A stretch of DNA of 64,000 nt. Source: Escherichia coli. Its GTDB lineage: Bacteria; Pseudomonadota; Gammaproteobacteria; Enterobacterales; Enterobacteriaceae. The first letter of the stretch is position 1, and the number at the start of each line of letters is the position of its first letter. The notes beneath the pieces were generated by a model. It was not told the origin of the DNA. It ran no database searches and saw only the letters and a list, made by a program, of their open reading frames with translations. The DNA is taken from NCBI RefSeq assembly GCF_003790525.1, contig NZ_CP033635.1, one strand, 5' to 3'. The position numbers and the translations under genes are program-made. Of the stretch, positions 33,909-43,209 are shown in pieces.

Positions 33909-34520
33909 TCATTCCATTTCTGGTGGTGTTTCCGGCCAGCTTATTTCAGGCTCCGTGCTGATATCCAGTGCGTTCAGCTCGTCGATATAATCCAGCACGG
34001 CATTCAGTTTTGCCGTTTCTTCTGGTGTCAGACTGCGACCTGCCCGCAACTTAAGGTTGATGAGGTCGATGGACTTCATCGCCTGATCCACCCGTTCCTT
34101 GCGTTGCTGTCTGGCAACCTCCAGCTCTTCGGCTTGCTGCCGTTCTGTATCGGTTACCCACGCCTCACCGTTCCAGGTATCCCATGGTGTGGCAGGCTGT
34201 TTTGTCGTTGTCCCTTCCGGGTAGTCACCTGGTTGGGTAATCTGGACCGGATTACCGTTCTCTGTGCTGTATACCGTCTCTCCACGATGATCGGGGACAT
34301 ACTCCCACCCGTCCAGCGTGGACGTCCGGCAAATCACGTAACCCGGCATTGCCTCTGGCGGGGCATCGGCGCATGAATGTGCCGGGGTACCCACCCCCAG
34401 GGCGAGATACTCCACAGAGGATGAGGTGTATTCCCGGGTTTCCTCATCATAGTGATATACAGTGATATCGCCTGCGAAAGTGGCGATACCGTTTTCATCC
34501 AGAACTGCAGTGTTACTCAT
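33909..34520 (-). CDS. G: Tail fiber assembly protein (P2 G-like)
   Basis: 203 aa downstream of the tail fiber gene. Confidence 0.7.
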   Translation of the reverse strand: MSNTAVLDENGIATFAGDITVYHYDEETREYTSSSVEYLALGVGTPAHSCADAPPEAMPGYVICRTSTLDGWEYVPDHRGETVYSTENGNPVQITQPGDYPEGTTTKQPATPWDTWNGEAWVTDTERQQAEELEVARQQRKERVDQAMKSIDLINLKLRAGRSLTPEETAKLNAVLDYIDELNALDISTEPEISWPETPPEME

Positions 34521-36754
34521 TAAACTGCCCTCACAATATAATTAAAAGCGATATTGCGCGGTCTGATCGCTATCCATCTGTCTTTTTCATTACTCACCAG
34601 CTTACCGGCTCTGGCTATTGCCCATCTGTCAACTGGTTTTGTGCCGTACAGGATGCCGTTACCGGTTCTGGGTTGATCAGGGGTTATGTTTATGATGTCG
34701 TTATCATGTGATGCAAATGAAATCCCTGCCTGAATATCTGCACCTCCCGCTACGCCGTGGTACGCCTGTATGGCGGTACAAATATATGTTGCTTCCTGTG
34801 TGGATAACAATAAGCGTCCCCTGTCAATCATTCGCAGGTCATCCCATCCACGAATAAATTCCCCGCGCAAATCTGGTAGCCTGAGGTCAGGGTAGGCCAC
34901 CGCCAGTTTTGGGTATTTTGTACGCGTGAATGCGGCACCGTTGCACTGTAACCACCCCTCAGGTGGTCTTGACGAAGGCCACGGAACGGGTACGCCAACT
35001 GGCAGCGTCGAGCCTTCTCCTAAACCAAAGTAATCAAGAATATCTTTTATGCTTTGTTTACCCATGATGACGCGGGCAACAGACGAAAAAACAGGGGCGT
35101 CTGTGATCTGAGCCCAGCGATGAGTGTGGGCTGCCGAGGCTTTGCTGTTGGCAAGGTCATACGCAGCTTTAACAGCTTTTGGTGTGGCCGCCAGCGTTTC
35201 GGAATTGCTGTTTGTGGCGCTGCTTAGCTGTACGATGCCTTTGCGTCCGGTGGTTGCATCCTGTCCTGTATACTTGCTCGTCAGCATATCGTGTAAGGCT
35301 TTAACCGCTTTGGGGGTGGCGGCCTCAGTCTCTGACTCACTGTTTGTGGCACTGCTCAGCTGTACGGTGCCTTTTGCCGTCAGCGAGGCTGATGGCACAC
35401 CTGTTATCTGATTCCACGGGTGGGTGTGGCTGGCGGGTGCTTTACCGGCTGCAAGGTCATATGCAGCCTTGACGGCTCTTGGTGTGGCCGCCAGCGTTTC
35501 GGAATTGCTGTTTGTATCGCTGCTCAGCTGTACGATGCCTTTGCGTCCAGTTGTTGCATCTGTGTTTGTCACCTCCACCCACTCTGACCATGGGCCGTTA
35601 CCGTTAAAGTTTCCGGTAACTGTCCTGATAAATTTTCGTGGCGGATCCCAGCTCGTGTATTCATGCTGGCAGAATCCCCATGCACCAACACGGATGCGTA
35701 ACTCTCCTGCCTTCTCTACAGGATAGTTTCTGTCTGTTCTCGCACCTGAGTCACTCTGCTGGTAATAATCTCCCGCGTCTTCCTTACGCCCCAGAGTGTT
35801 CAGGTCTGTTTCCCCCAGGGATGTTGTTGGCTTCACGAACGCCATGCTCAGTGCATCACTTACTGCCTTCGGTGTGGCCGCCAGTGTTTCGGAATTGCTG
35901 TTTGTGGCGCTGCTCAGCTGTACGATGCCTTTGCGTCCGGTGGTTGCATCCTGTCCTGTATACTTGCTCGTCACCATATCGTGTAAGGCTTTAACCGCTT
36001 TGGGGGTGGCCGCCTCAGTCTCTGACTCACTGTTTGTGGCACTGCTCAGCTGTACGGTGCCTTTTGCCGTCAGCGAGGCTGATGGCACACCAGTTATCTG
36101 ATTCCACGGGTGGGTGTGGCTGGCGGCTGCTTTACCGGCTGCAAGGTCATATGCAGCCTTGACGGCCTTCGGTGTGGCGGCCAGTGTTTCAGAGGTGCTG
36201 TTTGTGGCGCTGCTCAGTTGGGTGAATCCTTTTTCTGTCAGTGTCGCGTCAGGGTGGTTACGGGAACGTGCGTGTTCCGCCATTTTCTCATCAATGTAGT
36301 CCGTGGTCGGCAGAATTGTTGTTGTGTCCATGACCAGTTCCACCACGGCGTCGGAGGTGACGGTGATTACTGCACGGAATATCTGCGCCCGCCCTGAACC
36401 TTCCTCTCTGGTGGGCTTGTAACTTTCAGCGGTATTTCCTACTGCAATCATTGTACCTGTATCATCAAACACACCAATTTCACGCACCCAGAATCCGCCG
36501 GTTTCAGGAGGAATGACCAGTTCGGCGATGAGGCGGTTCGGGTTCTCCGGGTCGGTGAAGACGCGGTTGACAGACTGGCGCCAAACCTCATTGTAAAGCG
36601 ATGTCTGGTTTTTCTGCGGCTGACGAAGCTCTCCATTGCCGTCCCCTACAGCCATGTGCGTAAGGCGTACAGGTCTACCGCCAGGCGCCGTTGTTGCGGC
36701 CAGCTTTGCCAGCCCGATGTCGGTGATAAGGGTTCTGAATTTTCTCGTGCTCAT
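34520..36754 (-). CDS. H: Tail fiber protein (P2 H-like) with internal repeated modules
   Basis: 744 aa; repeated TGRKGIVQLSSATNSNSETLAATPKAVKAAYDLA and TAKGTVQLSSATNSESETEAATPKAVKALHDM blocks. Confidence 0.8.
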   Translation of the reverse strand: MSTRKFRTLITDIGLAKLAATTAPGGRPVRLTHMAVGDGNGELRQPQKNQTSLYNEVWRQSVNRVFTDPENPNRLIAELVIPPETGGFWVREIGVFDDTGTMIAVGNTAESYKPTREEGSGRAQIFRAVITVTSDAVVELVMDTTTILPTTDYIDEKMAEHARSRNHPDATLTEKGFTQLSSATNSTSETLAATPKAVKAAYDLAAGKAAASHTHPWNQITGVPSASLTAKGTVQLSSATNSESETEAATPKAVKALHDMVTSKYTGQDATTGRKGIVQLSSATNSNSETLAATPKAVSDALSMAFVKPTTSLGETDLNTLGRKEDAGDYYQQSDSGARTDRNYPVEKAGELRIRVGAWGFCQHEYTSWDPPRKFIRTVTGNFNGNGPWSEWVEVTNTDATTGRKGIVQLSSDTNSNSETLAATPRAVKAAYDLAAGKAPASHTHPWNQITGVPSASLTAKGTVQLSSATNSESETEAATPKAVKALHDMLTSKYTGQDATTGRKGIVQLSSATNSNSETLAATPKAVKAAYDLANSKASAAHTHRWAQITDAPVFSSVARVIMGKQSIKDILDYFGLGEGSTLPVGVPVPWPSSRPPEGWLQCNGAAFTRTKYPKLAVAYPDLRLPDLRGEFIRGWDDLRMIDRGRLLLSTQEATYICTAIQAYHGVAGGADIQAGISFASHDNDIINITPDQPRTGNGILYGTKPVDRWAIARAGKLVSNEKDRWIAIRPRNIAFNYIVRAV

Positions 36755-36757
36755 GGT

Positions 36758-37324
36758 TCAGTCTTCCGGGTAAATGGTGATGATGTCGCCGTCGTAACCT
36801 GCGGCAGCGGCGTAAATGGCACCGTGTATTTCCTGGATGATACTAAGCCCCACGAGGTGGCGGCTGACGGGGCGCGCATCGGCAATCAGACGCTCCATTT
36901 CTTCATGCAGCTCTTCACTTACTCCGGTTTCAAGTGTGCCAATCTCAATGGTGAAGGTCCCGGGCGAGCCGTCAAACTCCCACCATTCTGATACACGGAT
37001 GAGGTAGCCCAGTGGTTCAACGATGCGGCGGAGTGCACTGATGGTCCCTTTGTGGCGATGTATCATCCATGCGTCCCGAATCACCTGTCGCCTGGTCTCT
37101 TCCGGCCAGTTGCGGTCCCAGCTGTCAACGGAACATGCCCATGCAAGGTAGGGCAGGAGGTGAGCAGGGCAGCGGTCCGGCGACCACAGGGTGTCGGCGT
37201 CCACCGGTATGGTACTGATGCGTACTCCTGTCGCCTCTGTGGCGCGCATGAATGGCCCTGCGGACGGTGGAAGCAGTGATGTACTGTGCTGTGCGCTGTC
37301 TGTTTTTTTCCTGTCACTCATTGC
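36758..37324 (-). CDS. I: Baseplate protein (P2 I-like)
   Basis: Position and size; start chosen at MSDRKK. Confidence 0.7.
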   Translation of the reverse strand, partial: AMSDRKKTDSAQHSTSLLPPSAGPFMRATEATGVRISTIPVDADTLWSPDRCPAHLLPYLAWACSVDSWDRNWPEETRRQVIRDAWMIHRHKGTISALRRIVEPLGYLIRVSEWWEFDGSPGTFTIEIGTLETGVSEELHEEMERLIADARPVSRHLVGLSIIQEIHGAIYAAAAGYDGDIITIYPED

Positions 37325-38210
37325 GTCCTCCTTCGCTGATGCTGAATGTGGTACATCTGGCTGCCTGAGTGTCACTGATGGTGATGTTCTGCGTGGGTTT
37401 TATGACCTCAACGCGCTGGACACCGTGAACATGCAGCGCTGCAGTGATGGCTGACAGGGCCACGTCCTGACCGATACGGCCCTGGTCTGCCAGCCATGCA
37501 CGGAAAGCGGCGTCAGCGGCCGCAAGCATGGGTTCAGACTCCGGCCCTGGATAAAAATACAGCTTCGCTTCCATTACCCAGTTCACGATGGTAGCACTCT
37601 GCACAGTCAGGCGGTCGGCAACCGGGCGCACGTTCTCGGCATTCAGGGCGGTGCGCACCGTGTTCAGTAACGCCTCACCGGCGGTGCCGTCACCGTCTGC
37701 TGACAGGATGGAGACGGTGACTGTGGCCGGTGACGGGCTGATGGCGCGCGCATCACGGACAAGACCGCTTGCGCTCCGGGCAAAATACTCATACGCGCCG
37801 GACGGTCCGGCCACACTCAGGCCGTCCCAGGCTGACTGGGCACGCAGACGCAGCGATGTGTCGCTTTCCATCACTGCTTCCGTGGTATCAGTGGCCGGAT
37901 GAATGACCAGGCGGCGGGTGTTGTTGTTGGCGGCCAGATTGTCCAGGTCACTGCCCCGGCTGTGGCTGAGCATGCAGGCGCGGGCGGCTTCATTGATGCG
38001 CTGGCGAAGCAGCATTTCACGAAAGGCCATGGCCTGGGAAATGATGTTCAATGGCTCGGATTCCAGAGTAAGGGCACGGGTGACGGCGGCGCGGTATTCT
38101 TCCGGGAAGGAGCTCACCATCATGGTTTTAATGTCTGCCAGGATGGACTCAAAATCCGGCTGCGCGATGATGGCCGGTTCCGGTAACTGTGACAGGTCAA
38201 CGGAAGGCAT
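37314..38210 (-). CDS. J: Baseplate protein (P2 J-like)
   Basis: 298 aa in the V-W-J-I-H-G block. Confidence 0.75.
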   Translation of the reverse strand: MPSVDLSQLPEPAIIAQPDFESILADIKTMMVSSFPEEYRAAVTRALTLESEPLNIISQAMAFREMLLRQRINEAARACMLSHSRGSDLDNLAANNNTRRLVIHPATDTTEAVMESDTSLRLRAQSAWDGLSVAGPSGAYEYFARSASGLVRDARAISPSPATVTVSILSADGDGTAGEALLNTVRTALNAENVRPVADRLTVQSATIVNWVMEAKLYFYPGPESEPMLAAADAAFRAWLADQGRIGQDVALSAITAALHVHGVQRVEVIKPTQNITISDTQAARCTTFSISEGGRNE

Positions 38211-38213
38211 GAT

Positions 38214-38564
38214 TTACTCCCTCAGGGTGATACTGAATGTGATGTTCTGCATGGTTTCGGTGATGATGCCGGATAACGTCACCACGGCGCGTCCGCCAGC
38301 CCGCCAGTTCACATCGACGTTCTGCAGTGCTATACGGGGTTCATGGCGCGCCAGCGCAGTCACCGTGGCGCTCATGCACTGTAAACGCGTGGTGTCGTTC
38401 ATGGGCTCGTCGATGAGGTCCGGTAACAGGCTGCCGTATTCGCGGCGCATCACCCGGCTGCCTGGCGGTGTGGTCAGGATATCCCGCACGCTGTTTTTCA
38501 GGTGTTCGCTGTCGCTCAGCGTGCCGGTTCCCTGCGGGTTCATCCCCCTGTAAACAGCGGTCAT
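38214..38564 (-). CDS. W: Baseplate protein (P2 W-like)
   Basis: About 116 aa from MTAVYRGMNP; the track ORF extends upstream. Confidence 0.7.
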   Translation of the reverse strand: MTAVYRGMNPQGTGTLSDSEHLKNSVRDILTTPPGSRVMRREYGSLLPDLIDEPMNDTTRLQCMSATVTALARHEPRIALQNVDVNWRAGGRAVVTLSGIITETMQNITFSITLRE

Positions 38565-39142
38565 TGCGGGCCTCCCGTGGTGCCCGGGCCCGTCCTGACG
38601 CCACCGTGGGTGTGCGTATGAACGGTGATACCGTTGGATGTCAGGCTGCCGCCGCTGTGGGATATGCTGCCGCGCATCTCGCCGCCGTTCTGCACCTCCA
38701 GGGTGGCGGTGATAAGTTTGCGGGTACACACCACCTCCGACGTGTCCAGGGTGATGCGCGTGTCGGCCTGAATGCTGGCTGTTTTAATCCCCTTAACCTC
38801 CAGTGCACCGGCGTCTGCATCGTAGCGGAATACCGCACCGTCCGGTGCTGTCATGATGATTTCCTTCAGTGTGCTGCCCGGTGCCGGGATATCATCGCTC
38901 CAGAGGCTGCCGATGATTATCGCGGTTTCGGGATTACCACCGATACAGACGAACGCCACCTGTTCACCGGTGGCTGGCGGCACCCAGACACTGAACGCGC
39001 CCGCCCGCGCGGTGCTCCAGCGAAGCCAGCCTGTCTCCAGTCCGCCACTGCGCACCCGGACCTCCCAGGTCTGCGGGTTCACGTCGAAAATCACGCCGGT
39101 TCTGATGATGTTGCTGATAAGGCGCATTAATTCCGCGTTCAT
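38561..39142 (-). CDS. V: Baseplate spike/hub protein (P2 V-like)
   Basis: 193 aa; position. Confidence 0.75.
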   Translation of the reverse strand: MNAELMRLISNIIRTGVIFDVNPQTWEVRVRSGGLETGWLRWSTARAGAFSVWVPPATGEQVAFVCIGGNPETAIIIGSLWSDDIPAPGSTLKEIIMTAPDGAVFRYDADAGALEVKGIKTASIQADTRITLDTSEVVCTRKLITATLEVQNGGEMRGSISHSGGSLTSNGITVHTHTHGGVRTGPGTTGGPQ

Positions 39143-39795
39143 GCCACAGCCCTCGCGATATTGTCCATAATGATACGCTGAATAAGTCGTTCATCTGCCG
39201 GTGTTATTCCAAGAAGTTCACGGGCCGGATAATCCGTATACATCCCTGCGGCCACCCGGTCGCGCTCCCCGAACTGGTGAACGCGGGCAATGCGTGCCGC
39301 CACGCCGCTGTAGCCCACCGTCACGCCTGATGCGTCCGCCTTCACTTTCAGATAACGGGCCGTGCGCAGCTTCGCAAACATCGGCACCGTTTTTGTGGTG
39401 TCACGGTTGATGCGGCGTGTCCTGATTTCAAGGAAACGGAGGATATCACTCCGGTAAAAGGTACGTATGCCGCTCCGGTCTTCATCCCAGCCGGTGATGG
39501 TCTGGCCGTATTTTCCTGAACCGTGATGCCAGTTTTTCAGGGTGCGGTTCTGGTTTTGCCAGATAAAGCTGATGCGCTCCTGAAGGCGTGATATACGGCG
39601 TTTACGGCGTGTCCACACCGAACCGTCCGGCGCTTTCTGGGCGCGCATCCGGCTCTGGTTCACGCGCCGCAGCTCCTTACCCACATGCGCGGCAATGCGC
39701 TTCACTGCCTGCGGGCTGGTTGCCAGCCGGATATTGACAAACATGTTACTCATTCCTTCAGCGGGAACGAGGTTACGGTATCTCAGTTTCCCCAT
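39139..39795 (-). CDS. S: Tail completion protein (P2 S-like); start uncertain
   Basis: Position after R; ORF longer than P2 S. Confidence 0.55.
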   Translation of the reverse strand: MGKLRYRNLVPAEGMSNMFVNIRLATSPQAVKRIAAHVGKELRRVNQSRMRAQKAPDGSVWTRRKRRISRLQERISFIWQNQNRTLKNWHHGSGKYGQTITGWDEDRSGIRTFYRSDILRFLEIRTRRINRDTTKTVPMFAKLRTARYLKVKADASGVTVGYSGVAARIARVHQFGERDRVAAGMYTDYPARELLGITPADERLIQRIIMDNIARAVA

Positions 39796-39810
39796 AACAT
39801 TCTCCGCGTG

Positions 39811-40275
39811 TTATCCGGTGACAATGTTCCACGTCACATCCTCCAGAATGTGTGACCAGTCGCCGTCCTGCGGGATGCGTGATTTCGGCTCCGGTAGATG
39901 TTCTGTCATGAGGGTGCCGTCATCCCTGCGGGTGACGCGCACGCGTTCACGTAACGGCAGCTCAAACAGCACGTCCGCGCTGTCGTCGTCGTTAATGGCC
40001 GCCGTGAACTGAATATCGTTGTTGCGCTCAGGATTAAGCAGCAACTGCGGCTGGTTCTCTGCCAGCCAGACAATCAGTGGAAGCGTCAGGTTGTCCAGAT
40101 CGCCCGTGTAGTCCATCACGAACATCACCAGCCGGTAGTTGTACACGAACGTCGGCGTCTCGCCGGTGGTCTCTATCCCGCCACGTTCAATGAACACGGT
40201 GAACTTTTCCGGGTTGGCCCTGCACCACCGGCACGCTGTACTCATGTGTGTGCTCAGGGATTTACTTTTCAGCAT
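39811..40275 (-). CDS. R: Tail completion protein (P2 R-like)
   Basis: 154 aa from MLKSKSLSTH. Confidence 0.65.
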   Translation of the reverse strand: MLKSKSLSTHMSTACRWCRANPEKFTVFIERGGIETTGETPTFVYNYRLVMFVMDYTGDLDNLTLPLIVWLAENQPQLLLNPERNNDIQFTAAINDDDSADVLFELPLRERVRVTRRDDGTLMTEHLPEPKSRIPQDGDWSHILEDVTWNIVTG

Positions 40276-40546
40276 GCGCCTCTCCGTTCTGTCGGTTGAG
40301 TCTCCGGCGCTCCATCGCCTCAATGGCCCGTTTGTCTGCGTTGCAGGTTTCCAGTGCATCCAGGAGGCTGTCGCTCCATATCCCGATATTTCCCCAGGTG
40401 GGGTGTTCAGGGAAGGGCGGGGGCCGTGTTCCCGTCGTCAGTCCCGCCGGAATGAACCGGAAGGAGGGCGCGGGCAGTGGCGCGTTCCGTGTGTTCGCGC
40501 AGCCGGTCAGTAAAACGGTGGTCAGGAAGAGTGCCGGCGCACTCAT
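40262..40546 (-). CDS. lysC: o-spanin lipoprotein (LysC/Rz1-like)
   Basis: Lipobox LLTGC, proline-rich; overlaps the 3' end of the lysB-like gene. Confidence 0.6.
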   Translation of the reverse strand: MSAPALFLTTVLLTGCANTRNAPLPAPSFRFIPAGLTTGTRPPPFPEHPTWGNIGIWSDSLLDALETCNADKRAIEAMERRRLNRQNGEAHAEK

Positions 40547-40814
40547 CCGTCGCAGCAATTTCGCGAAGCTGTTCACGTCTGACTTCTCCTTCCTGTGCCC
40601 TTTTCTGTCGCTGCGTCATCACCTCATGCAGTACGGCGGAGGCATCGCTGATAACGGCGGAGGACTCACGCAGCGCCCGGCTGTATTCGCCCAGCTGCTG
40701 CTCTGCGGCGTCACGTGCCTCACCGGCACGCCCCAGCCGGTATGACTGCCACATGGCCGCCGCCGTCAGGGTGGTCACCATGAGGGCAACAATCACGGCG
40801 TAAACCGGTCTCAT
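40407..40814 (-). CDS. lysB: i-spanin (LysB/Rz-like)
   Basis: N-terminal TM helix then charged coiled coil. Confidence 0.55.
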   Translation of the reverse strand: MRPVYAVIVALMVTTLTAAAMWQSYRLGRAGEARDAAEQQLGEYSRALRESSAVISDASAVLHEVMTQRQKRAQEGEVRREQLREIAATDECAGTLPDHRFTDRLREHTERATARALLPVHSGGTDDGNTAPALP

Positions 40815-41356
40815 GTGCTGCCTCCCGTGTCGCGAAGACACCACTGTCTGAACTCCTCCCGGCGGTTAACCAGCCCCTGTGAGCGGCGTCCGCCACTGTT
40901 GACAAAATCGGTCAGTCTCCCGCACATCGCCACCCAGCGGTGCGCCTGTGCGTGCTTCCAGATGGTGGTGCGCTGCCGGTTGCCGCTCCTGTCCCGGTAC
41001 CACATCAGGCCGGTACAGCCGACGTTGAACGCCGCGTCGGTCATCGCCTCAAAGGCGGACTGGGGCATGGCGGCACCGCTGAAGTTCTGGTTGATACAGT
41101 TTTCCGCGTGCCGCAGGTCATTCACCCAGCGGCGGGCCACCTCCTTTTCTCCGTAAACCCGGTTCTCCACGCCCCCTGTTGAACCACATCCCACGGTCAT
41201 TACTCCTGCAATATCACGGTACGGTGTCGCCCGGCACTCTTCCCGGGTGGCGATTTTTATCTGTGCTTCCCGTGAGGTTCTCAGTTCACCGGGTGCCATG
41301 GAGACGCCCAGCGCCACAATGGCCGCCACCGCATAACGTTTTACCGGCAGTTTCAC
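40811..41356 (-). CDS. Endolysin (lysozyme family) with N-terminal SAR-like hydrophobic segment
   Basis: YAVAAIVALGVSMAPG then lysozyme-like motifs; C-terminus resembles phage 21 R-type SAR endolysins. Confidence 0.7.
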   Translation of the reverse strand: MKLPVKRYAVAAIVALGVSMAPGELRTSREAQIKIATREECRATPYRDIAGVMTVGCGSTGGVENRVYGEKEVARRWVNDLRHAENCINQNFSGAAMPQSAFEAMTDAAFNVGCTGLMWYRDRSGNRQRTTIWKHAQAHRWVAMCGRLTDFVNSGGRRSQGLVNRREEFRQWCLRDTGGST

Positions 41357-41643
41357 CGCTCTTCTCCGTCCTGTCTCACGCTGTCCAGTGCCCGTCTCTC
41401 ACCGTCGTGAAGCTCGCGGTTTTCTGAACGTGCCAGGATGCGGGCGATAAGGTCATTGCGGCGCTTCATTGCCTGCTCCGTACGCCTGCGGTGGCACCAG
41501 GCATGGATGGCGGAAAGTGACCCCAGAAGCAGCCCGGCCAGCGCAATTTTTTCGCTGATGGTCATAACACCAATGGTTGTTGCCGTCACTGACGCCCAGA
41601 AGGTGATCCAGTCACTGACGCGCTGAAAAAATCCCGTCACCAT
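41353..41643 (-). CDS. Holin
   Basis: 96 aa with two TM segments and charged C-terminus, directly upstream of the endolysin. Confidence 0.6.
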   Translation of the reverse strand: MVTGFFQRVSDWITFWASVTATTIGVMTISEKIALAGLLLGSLSAIHAWCHRRRTEQAMKRRNDLIARILARSENRELHDGERRALDSVRQDGEER

Positions 41644-41834
41644 AGCTTTACCTTTTCGCGTTGCTGTTTCCTTTCCGGCTCCGGCATCTCCACCTCCTGT
41701 CCCGCTTCCAGAATTACCTGGCGGCAGAGCCCTGGATTGGCATCAAGTACCTGTGCGGTCACCCCCTGCGTGGTGCCGTAGTGCCGGAAACAGAGTAAAT
41801 CGACGGTATCCCCCTGGAGTGCCCTCACTTTCAT
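41637..41834 (-). CDS. X: Tail protein X (P2 X-like)
   Basis: About 65 aa from MKVRALQGDTVD. Confidence 0.6.
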   Translation of the reverse strand: MKVRALQGDTVDLLCFRHYGTTQGVTAQVLDANPGLCRQVILEAGQEVEMPEPERKQQREKVKLW

Positions 41835-42328
41835 CACACCAGCTCCGCAAAAAGACGGGGGCGACCCAGAATATCTGCCACGGACCAGCGCACATCGCGC
41901 CATAAGTCTTCCATCTGCTCATCCAGTGCGTCAGCCCGGCGGTCCCCCTTGTCGGTGGTGTCCACATCCCGCCAGCGTTCCAGAATCAGGGCGCGGGTGG
42001 CGCTGTAGACGGCGTTGCGGTAATGCCATACGTTGACGCTCTCACCGTTGATGGTGGCGGCAGGCACTTCTGCGAGGATGCTGAACCCTGCGGCAGACTG
42101 CGCCTTCTGCCACTCTTCCAGCTCCCGCGTGACGTGAGCCACGGCTCCCGTGGCAACGTGCGCCAGACGTGTGGAGGTGATGCGGCCCGGCAGGCGTACT
42201 GCAAGGCGCAGCTCCCGCAGCACAATCTCCGGCCAGAATGCCCCGGCGGTGATGGTGGCGTCGCCGTCGTCGGTGTCGGGGATATCGTCCCGTGCAGGGG
42301 CGGCTTCCGGTCTTGCGACCATGCTCAT
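41834..42328 (-). CDS. L: Head completion protein (P2 L-like)
   Basis: About 164 aa from MSMVARPEA with SD AAGGAG. Confidence 0.65.
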   Translation of the reverse strand: MSMVARPEAAPARDDIPDTDDGDATITAGAFWPEIVLRELRLAVRLPGRITSTRLAHVATGAVAHVTRELEEWQKAQSAAGFSILAEVPAATINGESVNVWHYRNAVYSATRALILERWRDVDTTDKGDRRADALDEQMEDLWRDVRWSVADILGRPRLFAELV

Positions 42329-42430
42329 AAATCGCTCCTTCAGAAAAAAAGGCGGTGGGTGCCGGGTGTAAGGGGAACGGAAAACCGTAACCGGAACGCC
42401 CGGCACGCCGCCTTCTGACGGGGTCAGCCG

Positions 42431-43207
42431 TTAACCACGTTTCGCCTTCGCTTTCGCCTTCGGCGTCGTGGTCTGTTCTCTGGTTGTATCTTTCTGTGCC
42501 GCAGGCTCCTGTGCGGCAGCGGCTTCATCCTGTCCGGCCTTTTTCAGGGCCCGTGAAAGCGTGGCAATCTCACGTTTTACCCCCGCATTCGGGTTAAGGT
42601 GCATTGCCTCACGGAACAGCTTCAGACTCACCGCCATGCTGTCGGCATCGGTCAGGCCACGACGGGCAAAGGCGCATGCCTTGCACAGCTTGGCGCGGAC
42701 CTCATCGGGCATGTCCCGGTTCGCGACAATTTGCCAGAGGGTGTCCAGCGGTTCGATGTAGCCGGACAAATCGGCGTGTGCATCCGTTCCGGCCTGTGTC
42801 AGAACAGGGTTGCAGATTTCCTCGGTCAGTACCGTGGCTGCCGTACGCCCGAAGTTGTCAGGCATCGTGAGGTTGTGGCGAACCACATAATCCCCGATGC
42901 GCAGTGCAAGCGCCAGGTCGCCACAGTCCACGGCCCACACCATGAGTGTGGCTATCACCTCATCCTGCTGTCCGCCGTCGGCTTCCAGCGTGCCGTCTAT
43001 CCAGCCTGCAAAACCCGGCAGCATTTCACGCTTGAGCGCGGCCTTTGCCGCTTTTGCCTGGACGCCCTTTATGCGTTGCTGTGCCAGGCGCAGACGGTGA
43101 AGGACCTGCTCATGAGCCGTGCGGGCCACGATATCCTCGTTTTCTGCTGCCGTTCCTGCCCGTAAAGCCATCACGTGCTGGAAATGAGCCTGTGCCGGTG
43201 TCAGCAT
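42431..43207 (-). CDS. M: Terminase small/endonuclease subunit (P2 M-like)
   Basis: 258 aa; position between capsid gene and L. Confidence 0.75.
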   Translation of the reverse strand: MLTPAQAHFQHVMALRAGTAAENEDIVARTAHEQVLHRLRLAQQRIKGVQAKAAKAALKREMLPGFAGWIDGTLEADGGQQDEVIATLMVWAVDCGDLALALRIGDYVVRHNLTMPDNFGRTAATVLTEEICNPVLTQAGTDAHADLSGYIEPLDTLWQIVANRDMPDEVRAKLCKACAFARRGLTDADSMAVSLKLFREAMHLNPNAGVKREIATLSRALKKAGQDEAAAAQEPAAQKDTTREQTTTPKAKAKAKRG

Positions 43208-43209
43208 GG

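Noticed and set aside
35124-36299. Four plus-strand ORFs with near-identical translations inside the tail fiber gene
   Set aside because: Antisense readings of the tail fiber's internal repeats.
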